Of a DNA stretch of 64,000 bases, positions 37,424-49,960 are shown one piece after another. The translations under genes and the position numbers were made by a program. The stretch's first letter is position 1. Every line of letters starts with the position of its first letter. The notes below the pieces were generated by a model. That model saw only the letters and a list, made by a program, of their open reading frames with translations, searched no databases and had not been told where the DNA came from. The DNA comes from Spironucleus salmonicida (taxonomy: Eukaryota), in assembly GCF_000497125.1 (NCBI RefSeq), contig NC_090598.1, positions 186,001 to 250,000 of the forward strand, read 5' to 3'.

Positions 37424-39028
37424 ATGAGTGCATATTCTCCCGAACGAAGAACTGGATTCAACACACTGTATTAACAGTATTTAAAAGACCCAGAAAAATA
37501 ATACTATATCAAATTATTGTAATATTAACAGTGTGACGAAAATTTACTATGGATTGTTGATAATTTAGTAGCTGCTACTGCTCCCCTTGACGAAACTCGC
37601 GAAGTATTTGAAAAGTTTTATAAAATTCTATCTGATAATTTAATAAAGGTGACAAAAAGTATGTAATATAATTCGTTAGAATTTATATATGCATAAAAAC
37701 CACCTACTGTAGTACGTGATATAATTTCTATGTGTGCTTATTTGCAGATAGATATTTAATCACCTTATGTATGGTTATCATTAGTTGCGCTATCTTTAGG
37801 TTTACCTTCTGGTTGGAGTTATGATGACGATACTGGTGAATATATATGTTTAAAAAATGAAGAAAGAACAACTGTTCACCCCTCTGATTATATTCTTAAA
37901 GAGTGGAAAGATAGACAAATTTAATAAACAGGTCATTAAATTTTAGTTAAGTTGACCGAGTAAGAATAATTTAAAGTTGGACCTTCCTTTATTGTTGTTT
38001 ATGATTTTAAAGATATGAGAACTAAATTTGTTGGGAAAATGGATATGTTTTAACCTGATCTTATATCAATACCAATTTTAGATGAAGAAAATATTAATTA
38101 CCAAATTAACAATCATATCGAGTTAGCTGGAGCTTTGATTGAAGCAAATGAATTAGTGTTTTAAGGGGCCAGTGGTGATGTTACATTATTATAAGATCGA
38201 GGTGTAGATAGTGAAATAAATACAGTCTAAGAAACCTATAACATTATGATTTAGCAAAATGAGTAAAAGGCTAAGTCTAAGTTTGTTAAATAGTTCGGTT
38301 ATAATAAATAACGACTGTTATAGAACGACTAAGAACATTATCTATTAAAATTACAATAGTCTCTCCTTCCAGATGTTCTTTTAGATAAAAATTTTATAAT
38401 TTCAAAATTATTACCTCCCCAACCTTCATAGTCTAGATTTTTAGCATATTAGTTAATTGATAAGCGTAAATATCAACTTATTTTCGCATAATCCACTTAA
38501 CTTGTGAATCCTGTAGTTTCCTAGCTTGCAAATGTTGAAAATCAGCACCAAATTAGACTAACAGTATATATTACAAATCCAAATCACACCCAAAACTAAT
38601 AATTACAATTATCTACTACAAATGCTTCAAAATTTGACTAATCAATGACTCCATAGCTGACAGTTTTCAACGATTTAAATGGTTATGTTTATCCATTTGA
38701 GACACATGCAGAATTGCCTTCTTTATATGACTTTTATATTGGCAAGTCAGTTTCTTGTAGAGGTATTAATTTTATATTGACTCAAAATGACCCGAAAAGT
38801 CAAGAATGGTTTACAAGTTGCGGCAAAATTTTGAAGTAAATGTGTGAATTTATATACGATAAGAAAAGTAAAAAGAAAGTTACAATGCCAAGATTCGACC
38901 AGGTTTTTACAGGCAGAGAAGCCATGAGTATAGCTATTGAGAAGCTTATCAAATATTTTTATGCATGTAGGCTTAATGGAATTGAGGTGCATGCAGATGA
39001 ATTGGCTGCTGAAGCTTTGACGGGCTGA
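37424..39028 (+). CDS. CEP164-like WW-domain protein (534 aa)
   Basis: DIISMCAYLQIDIQSPYVWLSLVALSLGLPSGWSYDDDTGEYICLKNEERTTVHPSDY resembles the CEP164 N-terminal WW region. Confidence 0.62.
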
Positions 39029-39085
39029 TAAATGAAGTATATTATTATTTAATATATTGTTGTTATAACATAATTACTAAATAAA

Positions 39086-39934
39086 ATGGAAAAATTACTA
39101 AGTAAACTTTTCTATTCGTACTTTGATTAGTCTTATATTTTAAGTGATGTTAATATTTAAAGTGCTAGTTATTAATTATTAATGGCTTAACGACTTCAAC
39201 TTTAAAAGCCACTTTCAATATTAACTAAGATTTAAAAAAAATTATGCATTTTAAAGATTACTGAATAAATATCCAGTCTAGTAATGAATTATAAGTAAAT
39301 AAAATATTTTGAAGATGAATTAGTTAAGTTCGTATCAAAAAATATCTCTGGAGATACTCTGTACTAGATATTTTACCTTTATGATTAAATTTCTTTATAC
39401 AATAAGGTAAAATTATTTAATAAGCTATATCAATATCATTAAAATGTGCCAACTGTATTATCTTTTTATCTTGTTTTTAGTGCAATATTAGAGATTCTAT
39501 AGTTTCCTGCATTATCTTAATCTCAATAACTTCTTCTCAATAATATATTAAAAAGTAATTTATCGGGGTACGAATATATAGAAAACTAAGTTTTATCATT
39601 CATCAATAATCCCCTAAACTTTACTTATAAAGCATAACAAAAACTTGCTGATTAATGCAACTCTATGCCTTAGTTAACTAGTTATGAAACAAAATGTAAA
39701 CTGAAAATTATTCCTAAATGTTACTAACTTAACTTTGAAATTTCCAATTTGAGTGTTAATTGGTTTAATTTGAATTAAAATTATGAACATTAGTTTAATC
39801 CAGATAATATATAATTTTTGCAACTATACTAATATTATTTAAACCAGGCCAAGTTCTATTGTTACAAGCACTCTTAATTTTGTATCGAAGAACACGTGAA
39901 AATACAAAGATGGTAAACAAAGAAAATTTACTGA
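39086..39934 (+). CDS. Hypothetical protein (282 aa)
   Basis: Start and TGA in frame under code 6. Confidence 0.6.
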
Positions 39935-39969
39935 TTTAATATATATTATTTTATTGTTAAATTTCTGAA

Positions 39970-41190
39970 ATGGATTATTAAGCTCTAGTTGCTGAACTCA
40001 CCAAACAGTCATCACCACAAGTAAAAAGACCTGAAGTAGTAGCTATTGATTTAATACTTAAAGGTTAAATCATTAAATTCCATGTACATAACACTGATAA
40101 ACCTGAATTTTTAGCTGATAAAGTTTTGAGTACATATTTATTGCCAATTTCAATACGAAATGCTCTTATTGAAAAATTTAAAATAGCTATTAACAAGTTA
40201 GAACCTCCAAAATTCTAACAATCTATTCTTAACTCTACATTATAGGAAAATGATGATATTGAGTATTAGGAACTTATAAGTGACACATCTAGATTATCGC
40301 CAGAAGTTTAAGCCTAACCACTGTTTAACTAACTTATACCATCATAGGCGCAGAAAAAATCAAAAACTATTATTAAAAAATCTTATAGTGTTTATGACAG
40401 ACTATATTAAAACTAAGAATATAAGAATTCATAAAAATTCACTTAAAAATTAGATAATATAAGATAAACTGATCCATAAATTTTCTAAAAATTGTATTAG
40501 GAGTCTTTCAAAGTTAATATATAAAAACCAGTGCATTTTTCACCTACACTTACAAAATCATAATCTGAAAATCTTTTAAATAGGCTAACATAGTAAAAGA
40601 AAAAGCTTTCTCCTAGATATGATAATTCTAATAGCCATATAAAAGAGCATTTCGGGCCAGAAGTTGCTCCAAAAGTTTCAATGAATGAAATTAGTCGATC
40701 AATGACAAAACACTAAACATTTGAGGCCAGTAATGCATACTAGACATAGATATTTATAAAGAAAAATTAAGCTGAAATATTAGAAAATACCACTAATCTC
40801 AAAATTTATGATAAACTTTGCAAAGATTTATCAATTGAAGAGAAAATATACTACAAAGAACGGATATTAAGTAATATTGATATCAAAAAATAGTAATAGA
40901 AAGATCCCAGCATCATAGTATAGCCTAAAAATATTGTAGAAAAAGAAGTAATTAGCCGAAAAAATGAGCATGGTAGAGATGAATGGAGTACGGTTGAAAA
41001 AATTTATAATTTCAAACCTAAAATCAATAAAAATATTATTAGTAAAAGCAAAATCTCGTAAATAATATAAGGTCAATTAGAACCAAAGCCATAAGAACCG
41101 GAAATTTACTCATTTAAACCAGAATTTCATTCTAAATAGCTAAAATAAAATGAGATTAAAGATAAAATTATATCAAAACTGTTTGTATGA
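39970..41190 (+). CDS. Hypothetical protein (406 aa)
   Basis: Start and TGA in frame; AGTGA downstream. Confidence 0.65.
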
Positions 41191-41224
41191 TATGGTAGAA
41201 GTGATTAACTATAATTGAAAGAAA

Positions 41225-42193
41225 TCATTTCATTCCTATCCTTTCCACTTGCTTCTTAAATTTCCTATAAACATAATCTAGTTACCCAATTCGATCTAAT
41301 TCAAACTAATAGCTCAGTTATTTCAATTCTTCAAATTCTATAACATTCTTCCTCTTCAACAGAATCAAAACTTTGACCAAAATAGCAAAATCAGGCTTAT
41401 GACTAACACTAAGCTTTTTAAGAATTTAAATAAAGGATTTAATTATTTAAGAACAATTTTCAGTATTATTTTCTTCAATAAAACCAATTAAACTTTCGTA
41501 AAATCCATCTACCATAGGGAAATTATGACTAAGTAAATCTTACAGCATCACCATATATACATCATTCAAAATTACAAGCTACTGCTTATTCCGTTTTTAT
41601 TTTAGTATTTTGTCAAATTTTACCTACAAGTCAATATAACTTTTCGTTTCTTAATACATACACAGCTCACAATCACAGGTAAAGTTGAATTATTTAAGGT
41701 AGTTCTGCCTTCCGCCAACCCACCAAAAATTGTCTCCATGTAAGTAAGATGTCGTAATCTCGTCATCCTAAAAAATTATTTTCGTGGTAATTACGTATAC
41801 TTGATCACCATCGTATAGTTACACTGCAGAGGGGCAACACGAATGGTTCATAAATGAGAATTTCAGAAAGAGTCCAACTTTTTCTGAACTTTGAAGATTT
41901 GGAACAGTCTTGTACGCGTTGGTCGAAAATGCAGAGCAAATACCTGGCCCATGTGACTTCTAGAGGCGAGCGAAATCTTCCCGTTACTCTGTAGTCAAAG
42001 TGGGCTCAATTTAGCTGAAAAGTGCTTCCACATTTTCGGATGTCGGATCGTCTGTACAAACCACTGCTTGTGATGCAATAATCAAACTACCTTGTGGAAT
42101 TATTTATTTAGCAAAAATTCCGCGTCCCTTGTTAGTTTGAGTTTATCTAACCTATATAGCAGCGGAGAAAAATTCTTATGGAGCTTCTTGCAT
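41225..42193 (-). CDS. SET-domain lysine methyltransferase (SMYD-like)
   Basis: KGRGIFAKQIIPQG, NHSC motif, DDEITTSY, post-SET FTCDCELC. Confidence 0.85.
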
Positions 42194-42279
42194 TTGCTTT
42201 TAAAGTTACATACAGAATAAAGTGAAAAAATCGTATACTCATTATTATATATATTATAATATCCACCATAACAAAATGG

Positions 42280-43683
42280 TCAAAATTCTGATTCTTTCAA
42301 ACCGCTAATTCGGCTGACCCTACCAGAGCTTACAAGCATAGCTTCTGCGGTTATAACCGTCTCATGTTAAGTTATAAATAACAGTTTCTTACAAAAATCG
42401 TAAATATTTTATACTGTACAGTTTCTTGTTTTCAGGGATTCGACCTCTGTCCAATACTCTTATATTCGTCCTAAAATATGCTAGTCAATCACTTCCCTTA
42501 ATTTTTTGATAAGCGCATTTGGCACTGGCTTTGGAACTGCCTGTAGCATGTGACATGCATATTGTTAACACATGCTTGGAAAAACTATTTAGAATCCCTG
42601 ATGAAAATCTATAAATTATGAAAAATCAAGCAAAATATTTTCGTTAAAATTCTCGATAAGGAGTTCTTATGGTAAAATTTTTCGGGATTGATGTTAAATT
42701 TTTGGTTCTGGAACGACCACATTTACTAGTTTTTACGGATTTTCAAGGGAATTTAAAAATGCAAAAAATGTTGTTGCTATCAAGTTTGTTGGTAGCATCT
42801 TACCTTCTATAATATTAGTTTTACCTACAAACTTAATGAATTCACGTAATTCTTATTGACAATCAAATGTATTTTTTGCTATATTCAAGAAAGCAAGCTT
42901 GTCAATAAAGTCATCATTAGAACATTTGAAACATTCATTCAGAAGTCTACAAAAAAGATTGAATTTGACTGAATTGTTCATATTGAGTAGTTCTAACAAT
43001 GGCTTCTCAAGTTCTTAAGTTTAAGATATACCTGTTTTTAAATAGTGCCAAACAGATGAATTCAAGTTTTACTCATCGAAAACGTTAGTATTTATAGATA
43101 CAAAAAGGCAGAAAAGGTCCTAAGGTGAAGTACAAGTATCATTTAGTGTTTATTATGAGACACCAAATCTTGCAACTGTAAACTATGGTTATTTTTAGCT
43201 AATATGTAAGGCAGAAACTGTAAAATCCATAAATGCTAATGAAATATCTCGAATATTAATATGTAAATATTATTGTATAATAATGTCATTTTTATAAATT
43301 TTTTCTACAGATTCAAACATTCTGAAAGTTCGTAATTTTATCTAAGTGGTAACGTGCGAACCTGCACGGCGAGGTGATGGTGGATGCGAAACTACAGATT
43401 TTGATATTTCTTCATTTTTTCGTTTGAATAATACTTATTTTTATTATCTAGCAGTAGGCGTAATTAGGTCCATTTCAATGTCAGCTTTAAACGAAATTTA
43501 TGGTGTTTGTAGTGGAATAAATTTCTCGTATATAGGAGGTTTTGGTGTCTCTAGATTTTATAGATTTAGATTTAAAACGTAGAAGTTGTCAACTTTCTTA
43601 AATTGATAATTTTTTTTGACAAAGAGATCATAGAACTTCTCCTATTTTCCATTCGGTAAATCTGAAAAATTAATAATTCTCAT
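42280..43683 (-). CDS. Hypothetical protein (467 aa)
   Basis: Start and TGA in frame under code 6; spot-checked internally. Confidence 0.6.
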
Positions 43684-43860
43684 TTTTATACAAACCTCGT
43701 TTGATATATTATTATATAAAGATAAATAAGTAATGGTTAATAAAGAATATTATATTTATATGTAATAGTCATATATTTTTAATTCTATGAAGTAAAATTA
43801 ATCTTATAATTAACTATATAACATTACGAATCACAAAATACGAATTATTTCGTTTACTAA

Positions 43861-44313
43861 ATGGAAGCACTAACTGACCCTACTAACATCACATTTTTAT
43901 CATACGGTAATACATGTTAGATTTAAGCGGCGCGTGATATGCTTGTTTTTATGCTTGCCGTGCAAAACCTTTCAATGCTAATTAGTGCAAAAGCTGCAAC
44001 TTTTGAAGAAGGATTCGACCCTTGTAGGCGGTGGGACCTGCAAAATTATATCGAAGTTACATATGCAGTACCTTATTCAAAAAAGTGTCACTTTTATACA
44101 GATGAAATTTACTAAACATCGAAGGCTATTTATGTACTGAACGAAGAGGATCTGATTTATGCTAGAGCACTGAGTGGGAAAGACCCTTAAAATAAGATCT
44201 TTAATATCCGTGAGTTACTAAAAATGTAAGAACGCGAATAACTGATCGCTGATAATTTTTATTAAGATGTAGTTAAATATAATCAATATATAATAAATAT
44301 TGTTTAAAAGTGA
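43861..44313 (+). CDS. Low-molecular-weight PTP-fold protein, probably catalytically dead (150 aa)
   Basis: ITFLSYGNTCQIQAA versus the P-loop VLFVCLGNICRSP; ends AAG-TGA. Confidence 0.55.
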
Positions 44314-44318
44314 GTGGA

Positions 44319-44954
44319 TCATTGTTATTTTATTGCCCAAGCAGAGCTTTTCAGGGCTTATTTAAGCGTTGCTGTATCTCCATGGCCTGGGTAGATTGTT
44401 AGTGAATCATCTAAAATGTGAAGCTTTTAGTAACTCTTAACCATATCCTATGGTTAACTCAAAGGAATATCTGTGCGCCCTACTGAGTTTGAAAAAAGCA
44501 TGTCCCCTGTGATTAGTATATTATCTATTTTAAAACATGACTAGCAAGGGCAGTGCCCTGGAGTATGAATAATAGATAAAATGCTGTCTCCAAGTTAAAA
44601 TTCATCTTTGTCGCTAAAAAATCTGTTTGGTCTAGGTAAATTTTCAGGAATGCTAATACCATATTTAATAGCTCTGGGAAGCATAGTTTCAAATGTGTTG
44701 AGGCCAGATGTATGCGAGTATATATCGATATCAGGAAAATTATCTCGGACAAATTTAAGGCCTAAAACATGATCAAAGTGGCAATGTGTTAATAATACAG
44801 CTAAGGGGGTAAGTGAGTGCCTTTTTATAAAATCTAAAATGTTTTAATTACTGACAGCTGGATCAATTATATAAGATTTGTTGTGAACAGTTTCATAAAC
44901 TATATACGTATTATTTTCAATGGGGCCATTTAAAAATCCTTTTATCTATGCCAT
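44319..44954 (-). CDS. Metallo-beta-lactamase fold hydrolase (glyoxalase II-like, prokaryote type)
   Basis: NTYIV, IIDP, LLTHCHFDHV, TPGHCP, TGDMLFSNSVGRTD, IYPGHG. Confidence 0.9.
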
Positions 44955-45014
44955 TTTAAATCTAAAATTGTATATATTAATTCATAAAATATTTATATAA
45001 ATCAGATATCAGTA

Positions 45015-45338
45015 TCACTTATTTTGCAATTCTTTTTAACCATCAATAATAGCCTGTTTTGCGTCGTTAATGTCAGATTCTTAAATAGTTGGATCGGCCT
45101 AACCTTCTTTAATAGTTGCTTCTAATGTAGAAATAGCACGTAAAAGTTGCTTTTGGGCATCTTCAATTGATGCTTGAGCCATCTTAATAACAGTATTTTG
45201 TTACTTCATACGGAAGGCATCTTCCTAATCCGTTTTCTCTAAACGAGCCACTTCCTCGGTATGTTCTTTTTTAGAATAGACAATATCCTTGGTAACGCGT
45301 TTCACGACAGAGGTACTTATCTTCAACTACTTTGACAT
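45015..45338 (-). CDS. TBCA: Tubulin-binding cofactor A
   Basis: KQLKISTSVVKRVTKDIVYSKKE resembles RQLKIKTGVVKRLVKE; 107 aa, helical. Confidence 0.82.
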
Positions 45339-45405
45339 AATTTAAAGCGAAGATTTTGTATTTCATATTAAAATTAATATTTAATACTAGCTGTTTTTGT
45401 TTTAA

Positions 45406-45783
45406 ATGGAATAAGTACGTAAATAACTAAAGATGTTTAGCAATAATGCTGTATAAGAAACTACCGCTCGAATACTGCTTAATGCATAGATTGATAAGTA
45501 GCAGCTTAAACTTAAGGCGGAAAAGTTGAGACTATAATAGAAAATTCAGCTTACAATTTCTGACTTGCGTTCACGTTCATCAATGTAAAATAAAATGAAA
45601 AATTCATACTAATCAGAGCTTTTAATAACTAGCGCTGTAGGTCTTATGCATAGTAACTAAAAACCACAGATTGTAAATTATAGCCTGGATTAATATGATG
45701 AGACACAGCTTTCTGGAAGATTTTTGTATGAACTTCTGACCTTTAAATCACAAATAAAGTTTGATGATTAATTTGTTATATGA
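45406..45783 (+). CDS. Hypothetical protein (125 aa)
   Basis: Open frame; AGTGA downstream of the stop. Confidence 0.6.
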
Positions 45784-45806
45784 AATATATAATTAGTGAT
45801 TGCAAA

Positions 45807-46064
45807 ATGTCTTATATTTATCCACCATTTTGCGAGTACTGCCCAAAACCATCTCACAATGATATGATTACAGTACGACCTGTATTATATAGATAATCTG
45901 TTTATAGAAGAAACTAGCAATTTTTACAGTGTGATGTACCAAAACATCTGAGAGAGTATAATCAAAATCTTCATAAAAGTAGTGTAAATGTTTCTTGGTA
46001 AGGTACAGAGGGCTGGGATTTTACTTAACGGGATAGATAGACCTTCCGAAAGATGTAAAAATGA
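45807..46064 (+). CDS. Small hypothetical protein (85 aa)
   Basis: Open frame; TGA immediately followed by AGTGA. Confidence 0.55.
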
Positions 46065-46085
46065 AGTGATAAATTACTGAAAATG

Positions 46086-46829
46086 TCATTTCTTACCTTT
46101 CTTTTTAGATTTTTTATCTCCTTGTTCAACTTAGTATTCCGATTCCTAACACATTTTAAGATCATATTCTCCTTAACATGTGCTTTCTAAACCAGTAACT
46201 AATTCATTGAATCTAGTAGGTCCAATTTCAAACTATATCAATACATCTGCTTCCCTATAAATCTCATCTTAACTAGCAGCTTAGACTTTCTTCAAAATAA
46301 CTTGGGCACTAGCCAATTTAGAATATTATACAATAAGTACACCTGGAAGTCCAGAGCTCTAAAAATATAAAGACCCTGATTTTTCTAATTTTTTAATTAT
46401 TTCTTAGGCCTAAGTGTTAACTTCTTAAAAAGGATCTATCTGCAACCCTTTTATAGAATTCAGCGCGTTAATAATTTGTTATAGTGGAATAGGTTTTCTA
46501 TCAATGCCGGTATAATTCATATGCAAAAATCCACTAATTTCAGTAAATTTTTATTCAACTTTACGCCTTCTTTCTTCAGTGGAAAGCTATGCATGGCCTT
46601 CATTTAATATTTTTATCAAAGGTTTTTGTCCCAAAGAAGCTAAATCAGCTATAGATGCCTCTTTTCCCTCTTTAGCATTCGTGTAAATCGTTTGCGAGAA
46701 CACTACATTATCTAGATTCATATCTTAGTTTTTCCTGAATTCAAATACTTTATCTGGAATTGCTAAAACTTGAAATGTCTATTTATCACCTTTAAAGGAA
46801 ATAATTTGAGGTTACTTGGCTTTACTCAT
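46086..46829 (-). CDS. SBDS: SBDS/Sdo1 ribosome maturation factor
   Basis: RHFQVLAIPDKVFEFR..LDNVVFSQTIYTNAKEGKEAS..KILNEGHAQLSTEERR. Confidence 0.85.
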
Positions 46830-46873
46830 TTGTAGTATTATTTATTTATATATACGAAATATTATAATATAAA

Positions 46874-47152
46874 ATGAATCATGAGAATCATACTGGATTT
46901 AATAATACTGAGGTTATCTGTAACTGTGATGGTCAGAAATATTCAGCCCCTAGTAATTAATTTTTTAAAATGACAAAGTCAATTAATAACCAGAAAAAAG
47001 AATTTATTCATGGTGAGAGACCTGGGCCGTTTAAGCCATAAAACAGTAGTTCAATATCTTTTGAAGGCTTTGGAGGTAGTGATACAAACACTAATGAAGG
47101 GAGGAAGACTTTTTCTAAACCATAATCAAAAGTGACAGAAAAAAAATATTGA
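46874..47152 (+). CDS. Small hypothetical protein (92 aa)
   Basis: Open frame after a TATA-like spacer. Confidence 0.5.
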
Positions 47153-47168
47153 GTTTTAATAATTACAT

Positions 47169-47399
47169 TCACTTAGGCAATATTTCATCAATTTTTGGCT
47201 TTTTGAAGGTCATAGTGTCGCGAAATGTCTTTTCGCGATCGCCACCCTCATTACAAAAAGTTATTTAGCTCTTATACTTAATTTTACACGTTTCAGACAA
47301 ACATTTTGGCAGGTTTTCTTCTATAAATTATCCTTCACGTTTAGGAAATGGTTAGCGAAGTATTTCTGGGCGCTACTCTTAAGTATTAAATTTGCTCAT
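47169..47399 (-). CDS. Small hypothetical protein (76 aa)
   Basis: Open frame ending AAG-TGA. Confidence 0.55.
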
Positions 47400-47437
47400 T
47401 GATGCGGAAAATACATATTAAGATTAATATATAATAC

Positions 47438-48316
47438 TCACTTTTATAGTTTATTTGTTAATGTTTTTGGTTAGGTTATCGAAGTTTATAACAAATCATC
47501 CATATTAGCATATATCGAATTTGATGAACTATTTTGGTTGTTATTGACTTCTTATAATTTAAAAGGAGTTCTTTTATGTTTTGCTTATTTTGGTAATTGA
47601 ATTATTTTCTAACTGTCTGATATTTCTAACAAATCTTTAAGGTCTGCTTTTTTTAATTCAGATATAGAATCTAACTTTTAACTTTTTAAGTACTATATCT
47701 CTAATTGATCTTCTAAAACAATTTCACTTTACCGAAACTCTTTTTCTCTATTCTAATACTCCAATAAATCTTGGAGCTATTTCTATTTTGAATAATTTAT
47801 AGGCTTCTTGTAATTATTTAAATTTTTCAATCTATAGTTTCTACATAAGTTCTATGTCTATTTATTTTGCAAATCTTTAATTATTGTTTCACTATCTCGT
47901 GACAGGATGAAGGAGTCTAATGTATCAAAATTCCATTAAAGAGTCTGTAGTAAAAATTATTTCTGATTAAAGTCTTAAACCTTTTCCACGTGTACTTTAA
48001 ACATTTAATAAGATATCGTATTTATTTTAGCCAAATCAATAGGTACTTTTGAATAGAATATCGATTCAGGATCAGCTCTCGCAGATAAAAACGCCATTTT
48101 AAATTCTGGGTCTTAAGAGTAGAAAAAGGCTCTTTCTTCTAACTCTGTAATAGTTTGCTAATAGTCATTATTTGATACAACCTCTTGAGGGAAGTTAATA
48201 TTATAAAAAAGTTTTTAGTCATATGAAAATTAAGAATTTTTATTTAAGAACAAAGGATCTTTGATAAACACCTCCTTCTGCTTATAAAGTTAATATTATA
48301 AATCTTAAATAGACAT
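47438..48316 (-). CDS. Coiled-coil hypothetical protein (292 aa)
   Basis: Start and AAG-TGA in frame. Confidence 0.6.
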
Positions 48317-48350
48317 TCACAAAATATTTTTTATTATATAATAATATTTT

Positions 48351-48773
48351 ATGTATAGAATGACATATGAATTAGATGAAACCTCATCGATATTGCTTAT
48401 ATAAAAGATTTTGACAGAAAATAAGATACCTTAAACATAATAAAATTAACAACAATTTACTGAAGCATTAACTTTATGTAAACTTTCTAAATTTTTATCG
48501 TAAAGTTTGCTGTAATTACTTATTAAAGACTTTTCTGTTTTAAAATACCAAAATCTCTTATTTACAATTATATCTTTATAATCTTCTATAGACTATACTA
48601 CTTGTTTAACATTATTACTAACAGAAGATCCTTTATATATTGAATTCGGTAAATCACTTTTATTTTTTTTAGATGATTCACAAGAATCGTTCGGAGTTAA
48701 ATGTTTATATGGTTAATAGCCATAATATAAAGATATAATTAATATTCCTTAAATAATTAATTAACTCGAGTGA
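48351..48773 (+). CDS. Hypothetical protein (~140 aa; start may be 48360)
   Basis: Open frame ending GAG-TGA. Confidence 0.55.
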
Positions 48774-48885
48774 GCCTTAATATTAATGAAGTAATACCAT
48801 AATAATTCATATTTTAATGAACAGAGAAATATAAAGTATTCTATTCCTTATATACAATATTATAATGTTATAAAAAGTATATTTA

Positions 48886-49908
48886 ATGCAAATCTAAGTT
48901 CATAATTTAAGTATTGATGATCAAATAGTGGATAGAAAAGGTCAATTTGAAACACCAAAAGCAATTTAGCGTAAATTTACCCAATAAGCGAGCAAGCTGG
49001 TCGACCTCTTTAAGCCGGTGAAAGTGATCACCACGAAATTCCGCAGGACGTACCTTTGCCACAACTCGCACCAGGACTCTGTGGTTGCCATATCAATGTT
49101 TAGCAGCAGCATAGTAACCTCTTCTCTGGACGGGGTAGTGCGCTTCTGGGGATACACAGACCACGTTCTGCTCCAGCAAAGTTTCGTGGTATTCAAGGCG
49201 GCCTGCGTCAAAGTGTGGGAGAGGGAGGGCAGCTTCCTATTTTTGCTCTTGGACGGCACCATCTGCACTGAGGATCAAACCCAAGTTGCGAGGGTGGGAT
49301 TGGTGGAGCAATGCGCCGCATCCGGTGACTCGGTACTTGTGGTGGAGCGAGGGGGCACTGTGCACCACCTAGGCATGGCCGGAGCAGCTATCGACCGCTT
49401 CTGCCCACAGATCCCAGAGCACAGTACAGTGACCTGCTGCCACCTGGTAAACGGGTCCGCGTTCCTTGGTCTAAGCAACGGCACGGTGGTGGTGCGGTGC
49501 GCGGGTACTCAGCCCGAACAGGCCAGCGTATGCAAATCCTCAATTATGGCTATCTGCGCCGTTCCAAAGGGCGAGTTTTCCATCCAGGTATCACAGGCCA
49601 CCCAGCAGCCCACACTGGTGATCGTGGTATCGCGAGACGGTTCCATCTTTGCCATCGAGGAACTGGGGCTGAAACTGGTGAAGTCCTTCGCGAGCGGGCA
49701 TACAGTGGTGTCCGCGGGAGTTTCCGACGGGCGGGTCGTTCTGGTACACCACAGCAGCATTCGCGTGTTCGCTATCACCAGCCTCTTCACACAGCACCAT
49801 GCAGTAACTCCCAGCATCAGTGGTCTTACTTCTGCGTGCATGCTAGGAAGCTAGCTATGGGCAGGCAGTGGGGATGGCGCGCTTGAGGTAATAGAAATAC
49901 TGGACTGA
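48886..49908 (+). CDS. WD40/beta-propeller protein (340 aa) lying in a GC-rich island
   Basis: ATG 48886 is in frame with track ORF 49018..49854 and reads through TAG to TGA 49906; SHQDSVVAI..IVTSSLDGVVRFW, FLGLSNGTVVV, VVSRDGSIF, WAGSGDGALEV. Confidence 0.8.
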
Positions 49909-49960
49909 CTTAGTATCATCACTGCTCGAACCCGCCGTAGTTCTCTTCTTCGCCATATTA
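48990..49960. other. GC-rich compositional island
   Basis: Hand-counted 60-nt lines give 48-65% GC (e.g. 39/60 at 49321-49380) against visibly AT-rich flanks. Confidence 0.92.

Noticed and set aside
48966-49886. Multiple overlapping track ORFs on both strands in the GC island
   Set aside because: Expected by-product of high GC and few stops; only the frame from 48886 gives WD40-like repeats with a normal upstream spacer.
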